Shown: one piece after another, positions 39,001 through 51,000 of the stretch
Layout: each line of letters starts with the position of its first letter
How positions within the stretch are numbered: position 1 is the stretch's first letter
Source of the DNA: Eggerthellaceae bacterium
GTDB taxonomy: Bacteria; Actinomycetota; Coriobacteriia; Coriobacteriales; Eggerthellaceae
Assembly (NCBI GenBank): GCA_017432445.1
Contig: JAFRJC010000087.1
Coordinates: forward strand, 18,483-82,482
Length of the DNA stretch: 64,000 nt
Direction of reading: 5' to 3'
The notes under the pieces: model-generated
Told to the model about the DNA's origin: nothing
What the model saw: the letters and a program-made list of their open reading frames with translations, nothing else
Databases searched by the model: none
Position numbers and translations under genes: made by a program

Positions 39001-42000
39001 GGAGACCGACCTCTCGGTGCCGCAGTACGTGCCGGACGCGGTCGCGCCGGCTATGCGCACGACCACCCGCTCGGCCACGGGCGTCACCCGCAGGTGCCCG
39101 TCGGCAACCTCGAACGAGACGTCGAAGTTCGGGTCGGTGTTGGCGAACTGGTCGGCGGACAGGCCCATGTTCGTGGTGCCCACGTCTGTGCGCGCGGCCG
39201 CCGCCTCGCCCGAGAAGGCGACGGAGCCGAGATCGTAGAGCGCGCTGCCGGAGGAGAGCTCGAAGCCCTCGACCCGCTGCTCGGTCCCGTCGTACTCCAC
39301 CTCGGCGACTCCGCCCGCGACCTCGACGGTCGCCGGCGCGGGCGTGACGCGGGCGCGGCCGTCGGCCACGACGAAGCGCACGTCCGAGAAGTCGGGGTTG
39401 GTGTTGGCGAACTGCTCCGCGGCGAGGCCCATCTCGGCGGTGCCCGCGTCCGTCAGCGCGGCGCGCGCCTCGCCGGTGAACTCGATGTTGGAGCTGGAGT
39501 AGAGCTCGTCGCTCGCCTGCACGTCGTAGCCCTCGACCACGAACTCCTCGCCGTCGTAGACGCGCGAGGCCTCGTGCCCGGTGATGTAGACCACCACGCC
39601 GCCGGCCGGGGCGATGGAGAGCTGCCCGTCGGCGACGTCGAACGAGACGTCGAAGTTCGGGTCGGTGTTGGCGAACTGGGAGGCGGCGAGGCCCATGGGG
39701 TAGTCGCCCGCGCGCACGCCCGAGGCCCGAGCCGCGCCGGAGAAGGCCACGCCGCGCGCGACGTCGTACAGCTCGGAATCGGCGGAGGCCTCGTAGCCCT
39801 CCACGGACTGCTCGGAGCCCGTGTAGGACACGGCCGCCCGCGTGCCCACGACCCTCACCTGAACGGCCAGCGGGTCGACGCGCAGCCCGCCGTCGGTCAC
39901 GCTGAACACGACGTTCTCGAAGTTCGGGTTGGTGTTGGCGAACTGGTCGGCGGACAGGCCCATCGGATAGGTGCCCGCACCCACGGCGACAACCTTGTCA
40001 GAGCCCAGGAAGGTGAAATCATCAGCCGTGTACAGGCTACCCGAGATATTCGCTTCGTAGCCTTCTGCAACATGTGCTTCGCCATCGTAGGTTGCCGTCG
40101 TTGAATGGCCGACGATGACGACCTGCGCGGTCGTCGGTATAACGGTCTGGTAGCCATCGACAACGCTGAACATGACTTCGGCGAAGTTCGGGTTGGCGTT
40201 GGCGAACTGGTCGGGCGCCAGGCCCATGTACGAGGTGCCGGCGTCGGTGCGCGCCACCTCGGACGTCCCTGTGAACACGAAGTCGCTCGCCGTGTACAGC
40301 GGCGTGGAAGACGTCGCCGTGAAGCCCGAGACCGAATGCTCGATGCCATCATAGGTTGCTTTGTCGATCGAGCCCGTCACCGAGACGCTGACGTTAATGG
40401 GAGCTACGGTCAGGTACCCATCGACCACCTTGAACGTGACGTTTTCGAAGTTCGGGTTGGTGTTGGAGAACTGGTTGGCGACAAGGCCCATGTACGAGGT
40501 GCCCGCGTCGGTGCGCGCGGCGCTGGCCCCGCCGGCGAAGGCGAAGTCGTCCGCCGTGTACAGCGGGTCGCTAATCTCGGCGTCGAAGCCCTCCGCAAGG
40601 TGTTCGGCGCCGTCGTAGCTAAACAAGCCGTTCCGACCCGTGATGGTGACCACCACGTCGCCCGCAGGAACTATGGTCAAATATCCGTCCGCCACCCTGA
40701 ACTCGACATGATCGAAGTTCGGGTTGACGTTGGCGAACTGCTCGGGCGCGAGGCCCATGTACGAGGTGCCGGCGTCGGTGCGCGCCACCTCGGACGTCCC
40801 CGCGAACTCGAAGTCGTCCGCAGTGTAGAGCGGAGTGGAGAAGTGCGCCTCGTAACCCTTCGCGCTATGCTCGGCGCCGTCGTAGGTCACGGCGTCATGG
40901 TTGCCCGTAATAGTCACAACCGCATCGATGGGCGAAATGGCAAGCCAGCCGTCCTGGACCTCGAACGCAACGTCGAAGTTCGGGTTGACGTTGGCGAACT
41001 GCTCGGCGGAAAGCCCCATTGCGTAACGTGCGCGCGCGTTTTCGCCCCGAGCCGTCGCCTCGCCTTCGAAGAGGACGTAATCGCTGTTGTACAGGCTGTT
41101 CGTGGTCGTAAGGCGATAGCCTTCCACCTGCTGTTCCTCGCCCGTGTAGGACCGCGTGGCCGTATTGCCCACAATGGTGACGGTCACGGCGGCAGGAGCT
41201 ATGGTCAGACCGCCGTCGACCACAATGAACTCGACGTCGTCGAAGTTGGGGTTCACGTTTTCGAACTGTGCCGAATCGAGGCACATCGGATAAGACCCGG
41301 CATCGACGCCCGAAGCGGCCAAAGGCCCGCTATAGGCGAAGTCCGCTCCAGCCGCGGGTGTACCTGCTGCCTCGTCTGCCTCGACAGGCTCAACTCGATA
41401 CAGCGCGTTGCTGGACTGTGCCGTGTATCCGACGGCCGCATGCTCGGCGCCGTCGTAGCTGCAGGCGAGCGTCTTGCCCGTCACGGTAACGGTCGCCCGC
41501 GCTTTGCCGATGGCAAGCCAGCCGTCGGACACGATGAACGTGACATCGTAGTTCGCGTCATCGTTGACGAACGGGCCCGACTCTCCCGGTCCGAAGGTGC
41601 CCTCTGCCAACCCCATCGGATACGTGCCGGCATTGGTGCCCGCAGCCGAAGCGCCCACGCCTTCGGCTAGATGGAAGTTGCTTTCGGCATACAGGCCGGT
41701 GGAGCTCGTTATGCTCGTGTCGTATCCCTCGACGCCGTGCTCCGACCCATCGTACGTCGTCGAGAGGCGGCTGCCTTCGACGGTCACGACGGCGGTTGCA
41801 GGCGCCACCTCGACGAAGCCGTCGGCGACGGCGAACACCACATCGGGGAAGTTCACGCGATCGTCGTTTGCGAACTGATCTGCGGCGAGGCCCATGGATT
41901 CGCGGCCTGCATCGGTACGGCTCACTTTCGCATCGCCTGTAAACGTTATATTAGAAGCGGTGTAACGCCAATCGCTGAACTGCAGCGTGTAGCCCTGGGC

Positions 42001-45000
42001 TTCGAGCGCTTGTCCGGTGTAGGTCCCTGTGGCGCTGTTGCCCACAACGTTGACCACGACCTGGCCCGCTGGCGCGATGGACAGCCAGCCGTCGGTCACC
42101 AGGAAGGAGACGTCGAAGTTCTCGTTGCCGTTTGTGAAGTCGGCAGGCGAAAGCCCCATGGGATACAGCCCGGCGTTCGTGCCCTGAACGGTCGCATCGC
42201 CCGCAAAGCCAACGTTGGCATCAACGTCGTAAAGCGACGTGTCGGCAGAGGCTATATAACCCTCCACCTTCTGCTCTGAACCGGAATAGGACTTGGTGGC
42301 GGTTGCGCCCGCGATGCTCACCTTGACGACGAGCGGGTTCACGCGCGCATATCCGTCAGCCACGACGAACGTCACGTCCGCGAAGTTCGGGTTGACATTG
42401 GCGAACTGCTCGGGGGCCAGGCCCATGTACGTGGTGCCGGCGTCGGCGCGCTCGGCTTGCGCCTTGCCATCGAAGCGCACATCGTTGACGACGTCGTAAA
42501 GGGGCCGCGCTGCCGAAGCGGCCTCGCCTGCGCTCCCGTTCACATCGGCTGTAGCCGTAAAGCCGCGCGCCATGTGCGTAGCCCCATCGTAGTCGACCGT
42601 TGTGGTAGCGCCCACGATGGTGACGGTGGCGTTGATGGGCACAACGGTCTGGAAGCCGTCGACGACCCTGAACGTCACGTTCGCAAAGTTCGGATTAGCG
42701 TTTGCGAACTGCTCGGGGGCAAGGCCCATGTGCGTGGTGCCGGCGTCGGTGCGCGCAGCCTTGGCCTCACCGGTGAAGGTGAAGTCGTCTTCGTTATAGA
42801 GCTCGTCGCTGATCTCGGCGTCGAAGCCCTCCACGCTATGCTCTGCGCCGTCGTAGTCGCATACTGCCGAGTGTCCTGTGATGACGACCTGCGCAGTTGC
42901 CGGCTCGACGGTCTGGTAGCCGTCGACGACCCTGAACGTGACGTTTTCGAAGTTCGGATTGTCGTTTGCGAACTGGTCTGCGGCGAGGCCCATGTACGTG
43001 GTGCCGGCGTCGGTGCGCGCGGCCTTGGCCTCGCCGGTGAAGGTGAAGTCGGCCGCATCTGCGCCGACTGCGTACAGCGGCGAGGAGGACGTGGCCGTGT
43101 AGCCCTCGACCTCATGCTCGGTACTATCGTAGGTCGTAGTCGAGTTTACACCCCTGATCGTGACAACGGCCGTTATGGGATTCACCGTGACGGAACCGTC
43201 TTCAACCTTGAACTCGACGTTTTCGAAGTTGGTGTTGATATTGGAGAACTGCTCGGCGGTAAGACCCATGCTGGCCGTGCCCGCATCGGTGAGCGCCGCT
43301 TGCGCTTCCCCTGTGAATATGAAGTCGGCCGCCTTGTACAGGGGGTTGCTTATGGCCACGTCGTAGCCGCGCGCAACGTGCTCGAGCCCGTCGTAGTCGG
43401 CTTTCACGACGTGTCCCGTGATCGTGACAACGACTTCGTCGGCCGGCGTCACCTGCTGATAACCGTCGGTCACGTTGATGGCGGTCACGCTGAAGTTGGG
43501 GTTGGAGTTGGCGAACTGGTCGGAAGTCAGGCCCATGTCGGTGGTGCCCGCATCGGTGCGCGCTGCATACGCGACGCCGTCGTGTGCGAGGAAGGAAGCC
43601 TTGTACAAGGGCGAGCTTGCCTCCACGTCGTAACCGCTCGTGGAGTGCTCGGTTCCATCATAGGCGTTGACTCCCGTATGCCCAATCACGCTCACGTTCA
43701 CTTCGAGCGGCGCTATGCTCAGGCAACCATCCTTGACCTCGAACGTCACGTTGAAGTTGGGGTTGGAGTTGGCGAACTGGTCGGAGGTCAGGCCCATGGC
43801 ATAGGTGCCGGCGTCAACGGCCGTTACTGTGGCGTTTCCGCTGAAAGCCACGTCGTCTTGCCGGTACAGCTCGCTATCGGACGAAAGCGTGTATCCTTCG
43901 GCTGCCTGGGTGCGGCCCGAGTAGACTGTCTCGAGCACGCCTCCCGCAACGGACACCTTCACCTGGGCAGGATTGATCCGCAGGCTACCGTCTGTCACCT
44001 TGAACGTGACGTTTTCGAAGTTGGGATTGGCGTTTTGGAAATCGTCGGCGGAAATACCCATGGCGAAGAAGCCTGCGTTCGTCGACTTCACGGCAGCATC
44101 GTCCGTGAAGGAGAAATCCGTGGCGCCTTCGGAGGCGTCCACGCGGTAAAGCGCGTTGTTTGCAGACACCTCAAATCCGCTGGCTGCATGCTCCAAGCCG
44201 TCGTAGGCAAACGTCTTGGCGTCGCCTACGATGTTGACGACTACTCGATTGGTCACGGGTGAGATCACGAGTCGGCCATCGGTCAGCCTCAGCTCGACAT
44301 CCACGTTTGCTTTGTTGGCGTTTTGGAAGTCGCCTTCCACAAGGCCCATCGCATAGGTGCCGGCGTTGACGCCCGCAGCCTTCGCATCGTCGGGCGCCAC
44401 ACGCGCGACCAAATCGGTTTCGACGTCAAACGCGGGGTTGCTCGACTGTACCGTATAGCCGCTAACTACATGCTCCTCGCGGTCGTATGCTACGTTGAGC
44501 ACAGCGCCCGCGATGGTGACGACAGCCTTCTGCTTGGTCACGGTCAGACGCCCATCGACCACCTGGAAGACGACGTCGTAGTTCTGGTTGGTGTTGGCGA
44601 ACTGCGAGGTTGCAGCACCCGGACCGAACGTGCCTTCTGTCAGGCCCATAGGATACTCGCCCGCATCCGTACCCGTCACCGACGGGTCGGCATCTGCTGC
44701 AAGCTCGAAGTCTGATTCGCCGTAGGCACCGGTGGAGCTTTCGATGGTGACATCGTAACCGCTGACAGTATGTGCCGCGCGGTCGTAGACGACCTGGTCC
44801 GTATGCCCCTTGACGTTCACATTCGCCGTCGCGCGCGCAACTTCCACGAATCCGTCTTCCACGACGAAGACGACATCCGGGAAGTTCACGGGATCGAGGT
44901 TGGTGAACTGGCTGGCGGCAAGACCCATCTGCGTGGTACCGGCGTCGGTACGCGTCGCCGTTGCCGTTCCGCTGAACGAGAAGTCCTCTGCCTTATAGCG

Positions 45001-48000
45001 CTCATCGCTTATCGACACGTCATAGCCCGTCGCCGTGAGCGGCCGGCCGGTATAGGTGCCCGAAGCGCGCTTGCCCGTCACCGTGACGATGACCTGATCT
45101 GCAGAAACGATGGTCAAACCACCGTCGACCACATCGAAGGCGACGTCGAAGTTGTTGCTTGTGTTTGCAAACTGGCCGACGGAAAGCTTCATCGGATACG
45201 ATCCCGCGTCGGTTCCGCGGGCAACAGCTTCACCTGCGAACTGCACGAATTCGTCGACATCGTACAGAGAGTCGGCCGTGCTTGCCTTGAAGCCCTCCAC
45301 CGACTGCTCCTTGCCGGAATACGGAGCCGACAGCTTCTCGCCCACAATCGAAACAGCCACAGAGCGCTTCGTCACCGTCTGATAGCCGTCGACCACGTCG
45401 AAGACGACATCGCTGAAGTTGGCGTTGGTGTTGGCGAACTGGTCGGCGGAAAGCCCCATGTACGTGGTGCCCGCGTCGGTGCGCGCGGCAACCGCCTCGC
45501 CCGAGAACACGAAATCGGCTTCGGTATACAGCGAAGGCGTTATGCTGGCCGTATAGCCTTCCACCGAATGCGCGTCACCGTCATAATCTGCCGTGGAGCG
45601 CGCGCCTACGATGCTCACCGTCGCCGCAATCGGCTCGACAGTCTGGTAGCCGTCGGTCACGGTGAAGGTCACGGCGCTGTAGTTGACCGTATCCGAACAG
45701 GTAAACTTGTCAGCGGAAAGCCCCATCTCCGTAGTGCCTGCGTCGGTGCGCGCGGCGTGTGGCGTGCCCTCGTAACGCACGAGGGACGGGTCGAACACAA
45801 GCCGATCGTCTGCACGCCCGCGATTCACGTCGGCGACGATGTCGTAGCCGTCCACCGCGTGTTCTTGCCCGTCAAAAGCCACGGTGCTCGTGGCGCCGGT
45901 GATGGCAACCTCCACCCGCACGGGCCTGATGATTTGGTAGCCGTCGGCCACATCGAAGGTGACGCTGGAGAAATCGGGGTTGTCGGCCACTTCGAACATT
46001 TCGGCGGAAAGCCCCATCTTGGTGGTGCCTGCCTTGAGGCGCGCCGCGCGCGCCTCGCCCGTGAACGTCACGTTGGCCGCGATGTCGAACAGCGGCTGGC
46101 TGCCCTCAGCCAGCCCTTCGTTCACGCTAGCCCGCGCCGTGTAGCCGGAAACCACATGCTCGAGGGCATCGTAGTCGTTCTCGGCGCACGCGCCTTCGAT
46201 CTGCACCGTCACTGCGATGGGCGATACGCTCACCCAGCCGTCGGTCACGGTGAAGACGGGTGCGAAATTGTCGTTTTTGTTGGTGAACTGATCTGCGGAA
46301 AGGCCCATGGCCTTCGTTCCCGCATGGACGAGCGCCACCGAGGCCTTTGCCCGGTCGGGCGCCGTGAAGTCGTCTGTCGTGTACAGGTCATCTTGGATGT
46401 CGACTTCGAAGCCCTCGGCCACGTGCTCGCACGCGTCGTAGTCGTGCACAGCCGTATTGCCCGTCACGGCCACGACCACAGGGCGCTTCGTGACGGTCTG
46501 GTAGCCGTCGGTCACCTCGAAGGTCACCTTGGAGAAGTTGGCGTTGGCATTGGCGAATTGGTCGGCGGAAAGACCCATGTACGCCGTGCCCGCGTCTGTC
46601 TGAGAAGCCGTCGCCGCCTGCTGCTCGGGCCCCGTGAAGTCGGCCTCGGTGTACACATCCGAGCTGATTAGCACGTCGTAACCCGAAACTGCATGCGCTT
46701 CGCCGTCGTAGGCGCCGGTCGCGTTGTGGCCGATGATGGTGACCACGACCTCGTCGGCCGGCGTCACCTGCGAATAGCCATCGGAAGCCACTGCAAACGC
46801 TACGTCGAAGTTTTCGTTATCGCAGCCAAACTGATCGGCGGCCAAGCTCATGTACGCCGTGCCGACGTCGGTTTGCGAGGCGGAGGCTTTGCCTGTGAAG
46901 GTGATATCCGCCACGTCGAACAGCTCCGAGTCGGCCTGGGCATCCCAACCCTCGACCACATGCGCTTTCCCGTCATAGGGCGCGACGCCCACATGTCCAT
47001 CCACGCTCACGCCCACCTTCAACGGCAGCACGGTCACGAAGCCATCGGTCACATCGTAGGTCACGTTGAAGTTGGGATTGGTGTTTTCGAAGCGCTCGGA
47101 GGTCAAGCCCATGTTCTCCGTGCCCGCATCGACGAGCGCCACGCTCGGCATCTGCTCCTCTTCACCACCAGCCGACGCAAAGGTCGTCCAGGACGCCGCA
47201 TCGTATAGCGAGCTTCCCGACTCGAACGTCGTAAAGCCGCTTGCCACGTGCTCTTGCCCGTCATAGACGGTCGTCACCTGCTGGCCGACCACCTTCACCG
47301 TCACGTCGGCGGGCACGATCTCCAGCCCGCCGTCTTGGACGAGGAACTCGACCCAAGCGAAGTTGTCCGACAAATTCTTGAACTGCTCTGCCGCCAGGCT
47401 CATAGGATAGCTGCCCACGTCTATGCCGGAGGCCACCTCGCTGCCGTCGAAGGCGAAGTAGCTTTCCTTGTAACGAGCATCCGATATGCCGGTTACCGTA
47501 TAGCCTTCAACCTTCTGGCTTGTGCCGTTATAAACAAGCGTCTGGGAATTGCCCTTGACGCTCACCACCACCATCTTCTGGACGGGTGTGATGGTCAGAG
47601 AGCCGTCGGTCACGCTGAACACGACGTCGAAGTTGTTGTTGAGGTTCACGAGCCGATCGTGCGACAGGCCCATGGCTGTCGTGCCCGCATCGGTGCGCGC
47701 TGCTTTGACCTCGCCGTTCACGGTGAAGTCGTCACGGGTGTACAGCTCGCTCGAGCATTTCACGTCAAACCCCTCGACGCTCTGCTCGGCCCCGGTATAT
47801 TCGCGGGTGGCGCTGTTTCCGGTGATGGCCACGTTCACCGAAAGCTTTCGGATGGTCAGCTCGCCGTCAGTCACCTCGAATTTGACGTCGGTGAAGTTCT
47901 GGTTCAGGTTTGCAAATCCACTGCGCGCCAAACCCATCGGATAGGTGCCGGCGTTCGTGCCCTTCACGGCGCTCGAGCCGCTGTAGGCGTAGTCGAGCAC

Positions 48001-51000
48001 GCCCGTCTCGTCTGCCTGCGTGCGATAGAGCGGATTGCTTGCCTGCACCGTGAAGCCGGAAGCCGAGTGCTCCACGCCGTCGTAGTCCACAGCTTCAATC
48101 GCGCCGACAACGGTTACCACCACGGTCTCGGTTATGCGGTTGATGACGAGCCCGCCATCTTGCACGACGAAGGCCACATCGACGTTGCCGCTGTTCGAGT
48201 TCGCGAAATCGGCCTCGGTCAGGCCCATGGCGTACGTGCCGGCATCAGTCTTGGCGACGCGCATCTGCGACGCGTCCTTCTTCGCCACGAGGTCGCGCTC
48301 CACGTCGAAGGCCGGGCTGGACGATATCGCGGTATAGCCCTCGGCCACGTGCTCCTGCCCGTCGTAGGTCACCGCTTCGGGGAAGTCGCCCTTGATCGTG
48401 ACGATGGCCTGCGCCTTCGCGATGTCCACATAGCCGTCTGTGACCACGAACGTGACTTTGGCAAAACTCTCGTTCTTGTTTTCGAACTGCTCGGGCGAAA
48501 GGCCCATGGGCGCATAGCCCGCATCGGTCGCCGCGACCTCGGCGCTGCCCGTGAATGCGAAGTCTGCCTCGGTATAAGCCGGATCGCTCGCGGTGAACGT
48601 GTATCCGCTCGCCGCGTGCTCGTTGCCATCGTAAGTTGCAATCTTGCCGTCACCGGTGATGGTGACGACCACCTCGTCGATCGGCGTGATGGTCAGGCTG
48701 CCGTCGGTGACGATGTTAAACGTCGGGTCGTAATTGTCGTTTTTGTTGGTGAACTGGGAGGCGTCCAAGCCCATCGTGTACACGCCGGCCTGGGTGCCCG
48801 CAGCCTTGGCATTGCCGGTAAACGTGAAGTCGGCCTCGGTGTAAGCCGTGTCGCTCGGAGTCGCCGTATAACCCTCAACGCTCTGCTCCGCTCCCGAGTA
48901 AGTCACGGTTCCGGTAGCGCCGACGATGTTGACCTGCACCTTCGCAGGCGTCACCTCCTGGCGCCCGTCGACGACCGTCACTTCTCCCAGCTCGAAGTTG
49001 CTCGTGTCCGCAAGGCTGAACTGGCTTGCCTCAAGCCCCATCTCGGTGGCGCCAGCATCCGTGCGCGCGGCTTCGGCCACGCCGCTGAACTGCAGGTCGG
49101 CCACCTCGAAGGCCACGTTGTCAGCCATGACGTCGTAGCCGGAAACGCTGTGCTCCTGCGCGTCGTAGGGCACGCTGGACACATGTCCGGTCACAGTCAG
49201 GTTCACCGTCGGCTTGGTCACGGTCAGACGCCCGTTGCTCGCGTGCGTCGTCACATAGTAGCGGTTCGTGTCGTATGAGCCCACGCTCACGGAAAGCTCG
49301 TCGTCGTAAGTGCCCGCATTCACGCCAGACGCCCTGCCGGAAATGCTGTAGGAGATACCTTCGGGCAGCTCGTCAACCTTTTCGCCTGCCACCGTGAAGC
49401 TCATGGCGGGTTCGTCGTTGACCTTGGCCTTGCCGTCGTAGGCTACCCGGGCGTTGGCGCCCGTTGCCGTTATGGTGACGTTCTTCGCCCACACGGCGTA
49501 CAGCACGTTGCTTTCCTCGTCGACCTTGTCGACCGTCACGGCACCGCCCAGCTTGAAAGAGACGCGGTTATCGTCGCCCGGCGAAAGCGACCAGCCAACG
49601 AGCGTATAGCCCTCGCGCGAAAGCTCGTCTCCCAAGCTCAAGGTGCTCGTCTTGTTCACGGGGATCGTCTGCGAGGGGATGGTGCCGTTGCCTCCATTGG
49701 GGCTGTAGCTTATCTGGGCTGTCACGTCGTAAGTCACGTATTCGGCTATAAGATGCACGGAGCTTCCCTGTTCGCCGCGTACGATGCAGTCCTGATTGAC
49801 GGTGAAAGTCTGGCCGGGGTAGCACAGCGCCCCCTGCTTGCCGTCAACGCGCACGACGCGCCAGCCCACGAACACCTTGCCCTGAGGAGGTGTGGGGGCG
49901 TCCTTGGCGGTGACCTTCGCCCCGTCGGTGTAGAGCGCATAATCGCTCGGGGCTCCCTCGCCCTCGTTTGCGTCGTAGACAACGGAAACGTCTTCGCCGG
50001 TCGTCCAACGTGCAACCAGGTGAAGGTCGCCCTGCACGCCTGCATCGAAATTCCACGGCACGCCGTCGGCCGCATCCACGTTCCAGCCGGTCAGCGTATA
50101 ACCCTCGCGAACCGCCTGCATCAGCGACGAGCCTGCGATCGCGTCACCGTACTGGACCCAGAAGTCATCGACCTGCCCCTGGGGCAGCGTGCCGCCCGCC
50201 TCGTCGAGCGTCACATGGAACCATTTCTTCATCCAGCCGGCATACACGACCAGGTTGTTGGCCGGCATGGCCTCGTAGGTGGTGAAGCTGTGCACGTTCC
50301 AGTCCGATTCCAACTCGGCACGCAAATCGTCCGAAATCGGATTGCCGAACGAGACGTAGGTCGTGCACTCGGGGTCGGCGAACCAACCCACGAACTCATG
50401 CATGCTCGCCTCGTTGGCGTTGCCCGGGAAGGCGGGCGCAGCTGGAGCCTGCACGCCCGAAAGCGATTGCTCGAACAGGCGGCTGACCGTGCCGATGCTG
50501 CCCGACGAGCCGTTGCGGAAGTCGATGTCGTAGCTTTGCCGCTGGTAGCGTATTCCGAGAGGTGAGGAGTAGTTGGCATTGTTGCCGGATTTAGCCGTAG
50601 ACCAACTGCCAGAGGTACCCGAGGAGTTATTGCTCTGGTATTCGGCCACCTTGAAGCCGTTGTACTTCTCGGTGAAGGTGAACTTTCCGCTCGAGGAACT
50701 CGCATAGCCCCGGTCGCTGGGCTCTTCGGGGTAGCTGCCGTCGGCGTTCTGCAGGTAGAAGTTAAAGGTGCCGCCTACGGCGCCGTTGGTCTCAAACGTG
50801 ATCGAGGTCATATAGCCATCGCTGTCGGGCAAGATGAACTCGCCTAGGAAGGTCATGCCCGAACTGGAGTACTTCCACGTGCCTTCCGGCCAGCTGTAGC
50901 CGTACCTGCTCAGCGTTTGACCGTACAGGCCGCTGATGATCAAGCGCGCCTCCTGCGAACCGCGCGTGTAGCGCACGCCGTCGTAGGGCGCGCCATTGTA

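Noticed and set aside
37072-49278. Many long plus-strand ORFs inside the adhesin locus (for example 37072..38958 at 628 aa, 42457..44262 at 601 aa, 44770..46671 at 633 aa, 47248..49278 at 676 aa).
   Set aside because: They are antisense shadow ORFs of a high-GC repetitive gene. Their translations are Arg/Gly/Val/His-rich low-complexity sequence with no motifs. The minus-strand frame is uninterrupted and domain-rich.
36903-49482. Regular ~273-nt DNA periodicity that could be mistaken for a CRISPR or satellite array.
   Set aside because: The period is a multiple of 3 inside one open reading frame. The units are diverged protein-domain repeats with no short identical repeat/spacer alternation.
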